Positions 10,059-19,621 of a stretch of 64,000 nt of DNA are shown here, piece after piece (position 1 is the stretch's first letter; every line of letters starts with the position of its first letter). This DNA is from an uncultured Spirochaetota bacterium (GTDB lineage: Bacteria; Spirochaetota; Brevinematia; Brevinematales; JAOACQ01): assembly GCA_963768055.1 (NCBI GenBank), contig CAVYGN010000001.1, positions 320,001 through 384,000 on the forward strand, read 5' to 3'. The translations under genes and the position numbers were made by a program. The notes under the pieces were generated by a model, which was given only the letters and a program-made list of their open reading frames with translations, did not search any database and was not told the origin of the DNA.

Positions 10059-10250
10059 TTAAAAAAGATTCAGGCTTGCCACTCTCTTTTTCGTGGCTTC
10101 TTTGAGCGCGGGTATAACTTTTTTCATTATCAATTTGTCCAGTATGGAAGGATCGCAATCGCGGATCAGAATCCTGCGCATCGCCTTATACTCGGACTCT
10201 AATTTTCTTTCCTCTTCGTTATCCGCATAGTCGGGAAGATTGATGGGCAT
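10059..10250 (-). CDS. Small hypothetical protein (63 aa)
   Basis: Strong AAGGAGG RBS; resembles the neighbouring 70-aa ORF. Confidence 0.7.
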   Translation of the reverse strand: MPINLPDYADNEEERKLESEYKAMRRILIRDCDPSILDKLIMKKVIPALKEATKKRVASLNLF

Positions 10251-10270
10251 AAGATCCTCCTTAATTAATA

Positions 10271-10483
10271 TTATTTTTTAACAGCCGTTTTAGCGGCTTT
10301 TGATTTATTCTTTACCTGGATGTCTTTCATCGCTTCGATGGCGGTTTTTATGAAGAGTTTTTTAGCATCCCTGTAGGACATGAACTTCAGGAAGTCCTTC
10401 ATAACGGCCTTGTATTCCTTCTCGATCTTTACGGCCTCGGTGTCTTCGGGATGCTTGTAAGTCAGAGATAAAAATATTGACAT
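10271..10483 (-). CDS. Small basic hypothetical protein (70 aa)
   Basis: GAGGTG RBS before the ATG at 10483; shares K.E.EYKA with the downstream ORF; Lys/Ala tail. Confidence 0.7.
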   Translation of the reverse strand: MSIFLSLTYKHPEDTEAVKIEKEYKAVMKDFLKFMSYRDAKKLFIKTAIEAMKDIQVKNKSKAAKTAVKK

Positions 10484-10754
10484 AACCACCTCTTTTTCCG
10501 GGATTGAAACCCGTTAATTAAATTTACAAACTAAAACATGAAAAGGCAATTAAATTTTTGTCTTTTCAACCCTTGACAAAAAAAGCTCAAAAAAACGCAA
10601 AACTAATAGCTTCGATAATCCGTAACATAACCCCGGTTACGGAAAAAAAACCTTGAAAATAAACCCCATAGAATTATAATAGATATCTGTTAGAAAATCA
10701 ACAAAAATTTATTACAGGAAATATTACAGATTAAAGGCTTATCGCAAAAGCCGG

Positions 10755-11732
10755 TTAAACCGTCCTTCTCTGTTTTAGCTGGTCCAGGAGGACTGCGATT
10801 AGCAAGATTATCCCTCTTACGACATATTGATAAAATGTTTGAATATTTAAAAGATTCATTGCATTTTGAATCGTACCCATTATCAATACGCCGACTATCA
10901 CGCCGAGTATAGTCCCTATGCCTCCGGAAAGGGATACTCCTCCCAGCACGCAGGCTGAAATAACATCCAGCTCAAAACCCTGGGAAGCATTCGGCTGACC
11001 GCTTGTCATCCTTGAGGCCAGAACTACGCCCGCTATGCCGGCGACAATTCCCTGTACCATAAAAATAATTATCCTTATCTTATCGACATTAATACCGGCC
11101 AGTCTTGCGGCTTCTTTGTTGCCCCCGACTGCCAGCGTATTACGGCCGTAAACGGTCCTGTTGAGAAGAACAATAAAAGTTACAAAACAGGTTATCATGA
11201 TCCATACCGGTATCGGAATACTCAGGAAGTCGGTGTTTCCTATGACATAAAAACCGGTATTGGTAATTCCTACAGCGATGCCTCCGGATAAAATGAAGCA
11301 CAAACCTCTAACTATCTGCATCATCGCCAGCGTAGTAATCAGCGCGTTGATCTTAAGTTTCGCCACGATAACGCCGTTCCCCAGCCCGACGACTCCGCCC
11401 GATAATACGCCGCATAAAGTCCCGAATAAAACATTATTCGTAGCCCTGATCATGACCGCGGCCATAACGCCGGTAAAAGCGACGACCGCGCCTACCGAAA
11501 GATCTAAATCGCCCGAAGCAAGGCTGAATAACATAGTACAGGCGACAAGCCCTATCGTCGATACGGCAAGAAGAATTCCTACGATATTTTCAAAACTGAA
11601 AAAATAAGGCACGGTTATAGAAAGGATAGCGCATAATATCAGGTAAATTATTAAAATACTCGCATTATCCCAGATGCTGAATTGAAGGGATTTTTTTTTA
11701 ACTGCCGCGGATTTATTTACAATTGTATTCAT
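10755..11732 (-). CDS. araH: L-arabinose ABC transporter permease
   Basis: CUT2 permease motifs (DLSVG, GGNKEAARLAGI, SACVLGGVSL); in an operon with araG and araF. Confidence 0.9.
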   Translation of the reverse strand: MNTIVNKSAAVKKKSLQFSIWDNASILIIYLILCAILSITVPYFFSFENIVGILLAVSTIGLVACTMLFSLASGDLDLSVGAVVAFTGVMAAVMIRATNNVLFGTLCGVLSGGVVGLGNGVIVAKLKINALITTLAMMQIVRGLCFILSGGIAVGITNTGFYVIGNTDFLSIPIPVWIMITCFVTFIVLLNRTVYGRNTLAVGGNKEAARLAGINVDKIRIIIFMVQGIVAGIAGVVLASRMTSGQPNASQGFELDVISACVLGGVSLSGGIGTILGVIVGVLIMGTIQNAMNLLNIQTFYQYVVRGIILLIAVLLDQLKQRRTV

Positions 11733-11750
11733 GAGATCATCTCCCTTTCT

Positions 11751-13241
11751 TTAAACAACGGGCAGGGCCAGCCTGAGCAATTTTTCTTCGGTAGCCTCGG
11801 AATGATCCAGCGAGGCATGAAGTTTTCCATCCCGCATTACGATTATCCTGTTGGAAATTCCTAATATCTCGGGAAGCTCGCTCGATACGACTACAATACC
11901 CATACCCTGTAAAGCCAGCTGCGATATGATCGAATAAATTTCCGATTTCGCTCCGATATCGATGCCCCTCGTAGGTTCGTCAAACAGGATCACTTCGACC
12001 CTTTCGGAAAGCCAGCGGGCTAAAATCACCTTCTGCTGGTTCCCGCCGGAAAGGTCCCTGACCAGCCGTTCGAGCGAAGGAGTTTTGATATTCAGCTTTT
12101 CGACAAAAAGCCTCGCATTCTCATTATCTTTCTTTTCATTGATAAACCCGAACCTTGTCATCAATCTCCTAACGCTTATATTGATATTTTCTTTAACGGA
12201 CCTGATCGGTATGACGCCCTCTTTTTTCCTGTCCTCGGGGCAGTAAACAATGCCGTTCTTTATAGCCTCCTCGGGGCTGTTGATTTTGACCTCTTTTCCT
12301 TTTAATTTTATTTTTCCAGCCTTTAATTTCATCGCTCCGTAAATCAGCTTTAAGAGTTCCGTCCTTCCGGCACCCACAAGTCCGAATATCCCCAATACCT
12401 CTCCCCTGGAAACCGAGAAACTGGCCGGCTCCGCCAGCCCCTTTCCCATTAAGCCTTCGGCTTCAAGCACTGGTTCCCCCCCGGGGCGCGGCGAATAATT
12501 ATAAATATCCTCAATGGAACGGCCTACCATTTTATTGATCAGCGTATCCTCATTGATCTTTGAAACATCGTTATAGGTTTCTATCCTGACCCCGTCGCGG
12601 AAAACGGTTACCTTTTCGCAAATCCCGAATATCTCTTTCAACCGGTGTGAAACATAAAGTATGACCCTGCCCTGCCTCTTCAATTCTTTGATAAGTTCGA
12701 AAAGCTTGTGGACCTCCCGGTCGGACAGGCTGCTCGTCGGTTCGTCGAATGCTATGACCTTGACATTCCGGATTAGGGCTTTTGCAATCTCCAGCATCTG
12801 TCTCTGGGCGATCGAAAGCGCGCCTACCTTTGCGGACGGATTGATTTTTTCCTCCATTGCCGCCAACTGCTTTAAAGCGTCTTCGCGCATCTCCTTTTTA
12901 TCGATAAAACCGAATTTTCCGGGCATATGTCCGAGCAGAAGATTTTCAGCGACCGTCAAATCGGGGACCAGGTTCAATTCCTGATAAATAACCGTTATTC
13001 CCGCATTGATCGCTTCCGCTGTGGACTGGAAAACCTGGGGCAGGCCGTTAAGCCTGATAACGCCTTTATCGGGCTGATAGAGCCCGCTTAATATTTTTAA
13101 CAGCGTCGATTTACCGGCTCCATTTTCCCCTACCAGGGCATGAGCGGTCCCTTCCTCAACGCCGAACGTTATATCGTTAAGGGCTAAAACCCCCGGAAAC
13201 CTTTTGGTTATTCCTTCGAATTGAAGATAGCTTTCCTGCAT
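11751..13241 (-). CDS. araG: L-arabinose ABC transporter ATP-binding protein
   Basis: Tandem ABC domains: GENGAGKST, IAFDEPTSSLS, LSGGNQQK, DEPTRGID. Confidence 0.92.
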   Translation of the reverse strand: MQESYLQFEGITKRFPGVLALNDITFGVEEGTAHALVGENGAGKSTLLKILSGLYQPDKGVIRLNGLPQVFQSTAEAINAGITVIYQELNLVPDLTVAENLLLGHMPGKFGFIDKKEMREDALKQLAAMEEKINPSAKVGALSIAQRQMLEIAKALIRNVKVIAFDEPTSSLSDREVHKLFELIKELKRQGRVILYVSHRLKEIFGICEKVTVFRDGVRIETYNDVSKINEDTLINKMVGRSIEDIYNYSPRPGGEPVLEAEGLMGKGLAEPASFSVSRGEVLGIFGLVGAGRTELLKLIYGAMKLKAGKIKLKGKEVKINSPEEAIKNGIVYCPEDRKKEGVIPIRSVKENINISVRRLMTRFGFINEKKDNENARLFVEKLNIKTPSLERLVRDLSGGNQQKVILARWLSERVEVILFDEPTRGIDIGAKSEIYSIISQLALQGMGIVVVSSELPEILGISNRIIVMRDGKLHASLDHSEATEEKLLRLALPVV

Positions 13242-13269
13242 GATCTCCAGCCTCTAAAATCTTATTTAG

Positions 13270-13296
13270 ATCCGGCCGGGACATCCCCGGCCGGAT
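13270..13296. terminator. Intra-operon GC-rich stem-loop between araF and araG
   Basis: Perfect 11-bp inverted repeat ATCCGGCCGGG-N5-CCCGGCCGGAT; partial terminator or mRNA stabiliser. Confidence 0.7.
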
Positions 13297-13307
13297 TCCA
13301 TAGCCCG

Positions 13308-14306
13308 CTATTTCGGAAGAGAGTCCGCCAGCCCTAAATCAGTCATAATCTTTACATATGTTTCCCTTGTTACGATAAAACCCGAGGTCAATGTCTTCAT
13401 AGGAGGCTGCTTCCCGTCCTTTACCCATTCGTAAAGCAATTTTGTAGTTTCATAACCATGTCTGTAAGGGCTTATTGCGCTAGTCGCATAGAAACCGTTA
13501 ACTCCCTCTTTTTTAAACTCGAGCAGGCCCGCTCCTGCGCCAAGGCCTATGCCTATCGTTGTCTTTCCATCGAAGCCCTTCCCCTCCAGCGCACGCACCG
13601 CGCCAATAACCGATTCCTCATTGCCGCCGGTGACGATCCATTTTTTTATCTTAGGGTTCTGGGTTAGCGCGACATTCGCCCCTTCCATTCCGCCGGGAAC
13701 ATCGAGAGTTTTGTTTACGGCGATGAAAATCTTATTTGCGGGGAAACCGGATTTTATCAGAGCATCTTTTTCAGCGTCGGTCCTCTGCTTGATGGTTTCC
13801 AGTTCGTCATGGGTAACTATCAAAGCGCCGGTATCGTTGACGTCCCAGCCGCGTTTCAGCATTTCATTATAGCAGGCCTTGCCGATATCGCTGCCGATCT
13901 GTGCCGAAGATATGCCCATATAAACGACTTCCTCCATTGGCTTGCCGTCCGCTCCGACGAACCTGTCATCCACGGTGATGACCTTCATGTTTTTGGAATT
14001 CGCCTTTTTCATGATAGCGGGCCCGAGCCTTACGTCAGGGGTGCAGATAACGAAACCCTGAACTTTCTGCGCCGCAAGGTTGTCGATAGCGGCCATGACC
14101 TTTTCCCCGTCAGTCGCGCCGATCTTGATCAAAGTCACGCCATTTTCATCGGCAAACTTCTGCGCGAACTTCCATTCGTTCTGGAACCAGAGTTCTTCCG
14201 GCTGTTTCACCAGGAACCCGAGCTTGATCTTTTCATCCGGGTACCCGAGGCCGGCGATAACAAACAAAACAACAAGCGCCAAACACAACTTCTTACCTAA
14301 ATTCAT
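13308..14306 (-). CDS. araF: L-arabinose-binding periplasmic protein
   Basis: KLGFLVKQPEE.WFQ.EWKFA, GFVICTPD.RLGPAI and VITVDD match AraF. Confidence 0.92.
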   Translation of the reverse strand: MNLGKKLCLALVVLFVIAGLGYPDEKIKLGFLVKQPEELWFQNEWKFAQKFADENGVTLIKIGATDGEKVMAAIDNLAAQKVQGFVICTPDVRLGPAIMKKANSKNMKVITVDDRFVGADGKPMEEVVYMGISSAQIGSDIGKACYNEMLKRGWDVNDTGALIVTHDELETIKQRTDAEKDALIKSGFPANKIFIAVNKTLDVPGGMEGANVALTQNPKIKKWIVTGGNEESVIGAVRALEGKGFDGKTTIGIGLGAGAGLLEFKKEGVNGFYATSAISPYRHGYETTKLLYEWVKDGKQPPMKTLTSGFIVTRETYVKIMTDLGLADSLPK

Positions 14307-14482
14307 AGGCTTCCTCCTTTTTTTATTTCGAAGTATAGTGTCCGATTTTAAGCCCGTTAATAACTTCAGATCGTTTCAGGAAACATTATAATAAAATTTA
14401 AGGGAGGAATCCCATATATGATATGTGTAAAATGATGGATGTTTTGAGAAAAAAAAGGAAAAGCGGGCGCTTTTCCGGCTGT

Positions 14483-15553
14483 TTACCCGGTCTGAAAGGA
14501 GTCAAGCCGCCTTCCTCTATAATTCGCAGGCGAAACCTTTACCTTATCTTTGAAAATCCTGGAAAAGTAATACGGGTCCTCGAAACCCAGTTTTTCAGCT
14601 ATTTCTTTTATTTCAAGGTTCGTATAGAGGAGCATCTCCTTGGCCTTTTCTATTTTTGTCTTGATAAAATACTGGTTGGGGGATAACCCCACCTGGATCT
14701 TAAACCGTCTCCTGAAATTTTCATAGCCCATATAAACGCTGCCGGCGACATTCTGGAAATCCAGCTCCCTGGAATTGACCTTTTCCTCTATAATTGCCTT
14801 CGCCCTGTAGATCGGATCGTAAACCTGGACAAATTGCGATTTTTCAGAAGATAGCAGCAGCTCGTTCAATCTCTCATTGCTTAGTTCCCTGCTGTTCTCA
14901 AGTTCCACGATCTTTGAATTCTTTAAATAAAACAGCTTATCTATCAGATTTTTCACATCGTCGGCCGTGCTGGGTATGACTATTATCCCCTTGCCTTTGT
15001 TTTTAAGCTCCCTTAAAATTGAAATAAAGGTATCGTACTGGCGAAGGCTCAAATATCTTGTTACATGATCGAAAATATAGTATTCGCAGTCCATGACCAG
15101 GACCCTCGATAATTCCACAATCATCTTTTCATTCGGGTTCAGGTCTTTTACTTTTATATTCAAATTAATAGGGACCTGGAGTTCCCGGAGGATTTGTTCA
15201 GCCCTTTCACGCATCGTTTTTTTGCTTATAAATCCGAATCTGGAATATTTATTTAAAGCGCCTAAAAAGATATTATCGAGAACTGTCAATTTATCGACTA
15301 ATTTATAATTCCCCCTGGCGATTCCTATCATCCTTATCCTTTCTTCCGCCGGAATATTTTTCGACTTAAAATAAATCTTTCCGATATCCTCTTTTTCTAT
15401 TCCGCAGAGAATATTTATCAAAAGGTTTAATTTATCGATGTTGTCCGATATGATGCCGCAGATCTGACCCTTGCCGACCTCGAAATTCACCTGATCCAGC
15501 ATCAGGGTATTTTCCTTGGTCATCAGCAAGCCTTCGACTTTCAATATTTTCAT
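14483..15553 (-). CDS. Degenerate ABC-ATPase domain fused to an AraC-family HTH regulator
   Basis: N-terminus follows a sugar ABC NBD with Walker A/B eroded; C-terminus has AraC motif AKEMLLYTNLEIKEIAEKLGFEDPYYFSRIFK; probable start MKILKV. Confidence 0.85.
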   Translation of the reverse strand: MKILKVEGLLMTKENTLMLDQVNFEVGKGQICGIISDNIDKLNLLINILCGIEKEDIGKIYFKSKNIPAEERIRMIGIARGNYKLVDKLTVLDNIFLGALNKYSRFGFISKKTMRERAEQILRELQVPINLNIKVKDLNPNEKMIVELSRVLVMDCEYYIFDHVTRYLSLRQYDTFISILRELKNKGKGIIVIPSTADDVKNLIDKLFYLKNSKIVELENSRELSNERLNELLLSSEKSQFVQVYDPIYRAKAIIEEKVNSRELDFQNVAGSVYMGYENFRRRFKIQVGLSPNQYFIKTKIEKAKEMLLYTNLEIKEIAEKLGFEDPYYFSRIFKDKVKVSPANYRGRRLDSFQTG

Positions 15554-15890
15554 ATATTTTCCTGTTTTACGATCATGCGCCCGGCATGCAGAAAATAAAT
15601 ATAAACTTCGCCTATTATGATAAATCAAGAATTTATTTTGTCAAATGGAGGGATTGTGATTATTTCATTTATCCCTAATTCTTCAGCTAATATTATCAAT
15701 GATACAGCAACTCCGCCTCCGGCGATCCATTTCAAGGATAACGCCCGCGGCAGCAATCGCGATTTCTTTAGCAGCATTATCAGTAAATCGGTATTATTTT
15801 GCAATTTTTATGACTTAACAATATTCTATCCCTGGTTGGAATTGTAAAATTCTGTCAATCATCCTGCAAAAGGGGAGGGCGGATTGGATT

Positions 15891-17195
15891 ATGAGGAGCC
15901 GAAAACTGTTGCAACTGTTATTGGGACTGATACTGATAAGTGCTTGTCTTACCGGGTGTGGGAGAAGTGTCGTCGAAACTTCCTGGAAGGATTATCTCAA
16001 CACAAATTTCAGCGCAGTTCATTTGTCCGTTAATGGCGATGCGAATGAGCATCTGATCTTTGGGGCGATACCCATTTCTCAGCCGGCACAGAACCTCTCA
16101 CCGGAGTTAGCCGCCTTTCTTGGAAGATGGGAGGGCTATGATTACAGTCCGCCCGTTAAAAAGGATAACAAGGGCATACTGGTCATCCGGGAAATTACAC
16201 CGCAGGGAGGCACAGCCTTCCTCTGGGCAGGCGCCAATCTTCAGTTCCCGTTCTGGGTTAAAGAGATTAAATTCAAAGTTGTGCCCGGTACAACGCCCTT
16301 GATTCAATGGCAAGGCGATCTGGCCGGTGGGCCGAATGGCCTGCGTGGGATGGGAACCTTCATGTTTACTTATGACCGCGATAAGCACGTCCTCAAAGGC
16401 GGCATTAATCTTCCAAGCGGAGCCGCGCTCAACGGGCCGTTCGAACTCAGCCGGAATAAGTCCTTCTATGTTTACCGGGACTACGCCAAATATCTGGCAA
16501 GCAAACGAATATATCCCAAGGAATTTCTCACGAGTAATCTGAAGCGCTATGGCAGCGGTTATCTGCTTTATTTGCCTGAAGGCTACGAAGCCAATTCCAC
16601 ACAGATCTGGCCGCTGATTATTTTTCTGCATGGCTGGGGCGATCGAGGCGATAACCTTTTCCTGCTGGCAAAAGCCAGCCCCTTCATGATGATCCGCGAG
16701 AAAGGCCCGCTGCCTTGCATCATCGCAGCGCCGATCTTGAATGTATCCGGCTCATATCGATCGTTTCCCCAAGAATATATGGATGGAGTGCTTAAAGAGA
16801 TCCTGATGAATTACCGGATCGATAAGAAACGGATTTACCTTACCGGCTTGAGCATTGGTGGCGAGGCAACCTATCGATTTGCACTACACCAGCCCGATAC
16901 ATTCGCGGCGATTGCGCCTCTGGCAGGCTTCGACGCCAGGTATTATCCAGCCGCGGGCTTCGTGCCATCGACCGAGCCTCTGGAACGACTCAAAAATTTG
17001 CCGGTATGGGCCATTCACGGTTCTGACGATATGGTTGTACCTTTAAAGGCCGATCGAAACACAGTTGATGCACTTAAGAAGGCCGGCGTGAATGTACGCT
17101 TTAGCATTCTTGAGAATCACGACCACGATGTTTGGACGGATACTTACTCGGATCCCAAGTTCTACGCCTGGTTGCTTCAGCATCGACGACCATAA
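15891..17195 (+). CDS. Lipoprotein with a C-terminal alpha/beta hydrolase (esterase/peptidase) domain
   Basis: Lipobox LTGC; FLHGWG, GLSIGG nucleophile elbow, HGSDD.VV, HDVW. Confidence 0.85.
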   Translation: MRSRKLLQLLLGLILISACLTGCGRSVVETSWKDYLNTNFSAVHLSVNGDANEHLIFGAIPISQPAQNLSPELAAFLGRWEGYDYSPPVKKDNKGILVIREITPQGGTAFLWAGANLQFPFWVKEIKFKVVPGTTPLIQWQGDLAGGPNGLRGMGTFMFTYDRDKHVLKGGINLPSGAALNGPFELSRNKSFYVYRDYAKYLASKRIYPKEFLTSNLKRYGSGYLLYLPEGYEANSTQIWPLIIFLHGWGDRGDNLFLLAKASPFMMIREKGPLPCIIAAPILNVSGSYRSFPQEYMDGVLKEILMNYRIDKKRIYLTGLSIGGEATYRFALHQPDTFAAIAPLAGFDARYYPAAGFVPSTEPLERLKNLPVWAIHGSDDMVVPLKADRNTVDALKKAGVNVRFSILENHDHDVWTDTYSDPKFYAWLLQHRRP

Positions 17196-17385
17196 AATTC
17201 ATTCTCGATCAAACTCTCTTATACTGGCAGAATTAGCTGGATCGCAAAATAATTAAAAATGAATATGCTTCGTCAAGTGAATAGTTCAGTAAAGTTTTTT
17301 AGTTTAAGCTCTGATTTTCTCGCCTTTAATTTATTTTAAACCAATTTACGGGATTTGTCAATAAACGCTAATTTGTTGCACCGTA

Positions 17386-17414
17386 TTGACATACGATAAA
17401 ATATCCATTATAAT
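17386..17414 (+). promoter_or_regulatory. Sigma70 promoter
   Basis: Exact TTGACA-N17-TATAAT, 67 nt upstream of the phosphotransferase ATG. Confidence 0.8.
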
Positions 17415-17481
17415 ATGTTCGCTTTTTTGATTTCGAACCATAATTAAATGTGTCGTTATATTATATAGAAAAGGGGATAAT

Positions 17482-18465
17482 ATGATTCCTGAAACAAAAG
17501 TTATTGCCGTTAAAAAAGCTTTGCAGGAAGCCTTTGGGGTAGATGAATACGAAGATATCAGGAAGTTGACCGCCGGTCTCTCACCCGACCTGATTTTCCG
17601 AATAGTCGTGAATGGAAAGCCGTACCTGCTCCGCGTCATCACCCGCCCAGCAACCGATTACGAACCGCGCCATTTCGCATGCATGAAGGCAGGCGCCGAG
17701 ATCGGCATTGCTCCCCGTATCCGGTACATGAGCGTACCGGACAGAATTTTGATAACGGACTTTATAGAAGCCAGGCCGTTTCCGCTCAATAAGGCAAAGA
17801 CCCTGATGGCCGATACTATCCGCCGGCTGCATGAACTGCCGCCTTTTCCCAGGGTGGTGAATTGGCTTGATTATGCCAATGGTTCCGTTCTGAGAATTCA
17901 GGAAGCAAAAATCCTTCCGGAGTCTGCGACTGGAGAAATCTTCCGGCTTTACAAGCGGCTTATGGATGTTTACCCGCGTGACCAGGATCTGGTTTCCTCT
18001 CATAACGACCTGAAGCCTGAAAATTACATTTTTGACGGGGAGAAACCCTGGCTGGTAGACTGGGAAGCGGCTTTTTTAAACGACCGCTATATGGACCTGT
18101 CCGTTGTAGCGAATTTTGTTGTCAAGAACGATCAGGATGAAGCGGAATATCTTCAGGCTTATTTCGGAAAACCTGCCGACGAATACATACGGGCCCGGTT
18201 TTTTCTGATGCGTCAGGCAGTCCATATGGCCTACTTCAGTTTTATCATGATGCTGGCCTCTATAGGAAAACCGGTCGATCCGGGCAATGAAAAAATAGAT
18301 TTCAGGGACTACCATGACCGCATGTGGGCAGGCGAAATCATCCTGTTTTCAGACGAAGATAGAATACGGTATGCCCGGGTCCATATGGAACAGGCTTTGA
18401 AGAATATGCAGACAAAGCGGTTTGAAGATTCGCTGAAAATTGTTTCCGATTACCGCAGGAAATAA
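17482..18465 (+). CDS. APH/choline-kinase-like phosphotransferase
   Basis: Brenner motif SHNDLKPEN and LVDWE. Confidence 0.88.
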   Translation: MIPETKVIAVKKALQEAFGVDEYEDIRKLTAGLSPDLIFRIVVNGKPYLLRVITRPATDYEPRHFACMKAGAEIGIAPRIRYMSVPDRILITDFIEARPFPLNKAKTLMADTIRRLHELPPFPRVVNWLDYANGSVLRIQEAKILPESATGEIFRLYKRLMDVYPRDQDLVSSHNDLKPENYIFDGEKPWLVDWEAAFLNDRYMDLSVVANFVVKNDQDEAEYLQAYFGKPADEYIRARFFLMRQAVHMAYFSFIMMLASIGKPVDPGNEKIDFRDYHDRMWAGEIILFSDEDRIRYARVHMEQALKNMQTKRFEDSLKIVSDYRRK

Positions 18466-18492
18466 TTTCGGAAAACCCGGCTTCCGGCGTTA

Positions 18493-18966
18493 TCAAAAAC
18501 CGGAGAGGGCGTTTTCCAGGATCAAAACCTTCATGCCCGAATGCCGGTATATTTTATTTTCAATATCATCTACATATACTATCGATGTTTTCAAACCGGC
18601 TTCGAGTTTATAACTTTTCCATGACGGATGAATTTTCCTGAACCTGTCCCAATATTCGGGGGCAGGGATCGATAAATATCCGGCGGTTTTAAAAGCGGCG
18701 CGGATAACGCCCGATGCGGCAATCGCGATTTCCGCCGATAAACCGGAAACGAGGCTGTTTACATTATCATCTGCACTGAGCAGCGAACAGTCATCCTTAC
18801 CGAAACTGATAAAAGCGCCGGATTCGATATTTTTTACTATAATCCTGCCTTTTAACATAGAATAAATATAATGCAGGCGAAGGGGGAATGAACCTGCTAT
18901 TGTCTTTTTGTCTTTAAATCTTAAGACGGCTTTTCCGATTCCTATAAATATTTCTTTATCGGGCAT
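18493..18966 (-). CDS. Hypothetical protein
   Basis: Probable start MPDKEIF after a purine-rich RBS; no recognisable motif. Confidence 0.55.
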   Translation of the reverse strand: MPDKEIFIGIGKAVLRFKDKKTIAGSFPLRLHYIYSMLKGRIIVKNIESGAFISFGKDDCSLLSADDNVNSLVSGLSAEIAIAASGVIRAAFKTAGYLSIPAPEYWDRFRKIHPSWKSYKLEAGLKTSIVYVDDIENKIYRHSGMKVLILENALSGF

Positions 18967-19156
18967 GATAACTCTTCCTACCTCAGTTAGATTTGAAAAT
19001 ATCCTTTGAGAATCCTTAAATAAAAGATTAAAGAATTTTGAGTTCAATGTCAATAAAATAAATGTCAGCCCGGCAAATTCGACCGGCATTTTTTTTGCTA
19101 ATACAAAGTTTTGTAATATAATAAAGTCCATTGCATATTTTTAAAAGGAAATATTT

Positions 19157-19606
19157 ATGGATTACGCCCCACTTATCTGGCTGGCTGTCGGCCTTATCGT
19201 CTGCGGCCTTGAAATATTAGTCACGGGATTTATAGTTTTCTGGTTCGGGGTAGGGGGCCTGTTAACGGCATTCTTCACACTAATAGGCGTGCTGCCCACA
19301 TTCGAGCTGCAGATAATTTTCTTCTTCATTTCCTCGCTTGCATTCCTTTTTGCATGGTTTTTCTACTTCAAAAAGCTGTTTAAAACCAACAAACATAACG
19401 ATTCCAGGGATCCTACGCTCGACGGCCTGACAGGCACCGTAATAAGCAGAATAGAACCGGGCAAACCCGGCAGGATAAGCCTGCATAAATCCTATCACAG
19501 CATCACCGAATGGAAGGCCGAATCGGAGGATATAATAGAAGAGGGCAGGGAAATAACAGTCACCGAGGCGAAGGGCATTTCCCTTACCGTTAAAGAAAAT
19601 AAATAA
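19157..19606 (+). CDS. NfeD-like membrane protein
   Basis: N-terminal TM helices plus OB-fold-like C-terminus; paired with an SPFH gene. Confidence 0.88.
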   Translation: MDYAPLIWLAVGLIVCGLEILVTGFIVFWFGVGGLLTAFFTLIGVLPTFELQIIFFFISSLAFLFAWFFYFKKLFKTNKHNDSRDPTLDGLTGTVISRIEPGKPGRISLHKSYHSITEWKAESEDIIEEGREITVTEAKGISLTVKENK

Positions 19607-19621
19607 AGGAGCGTATTTCTT

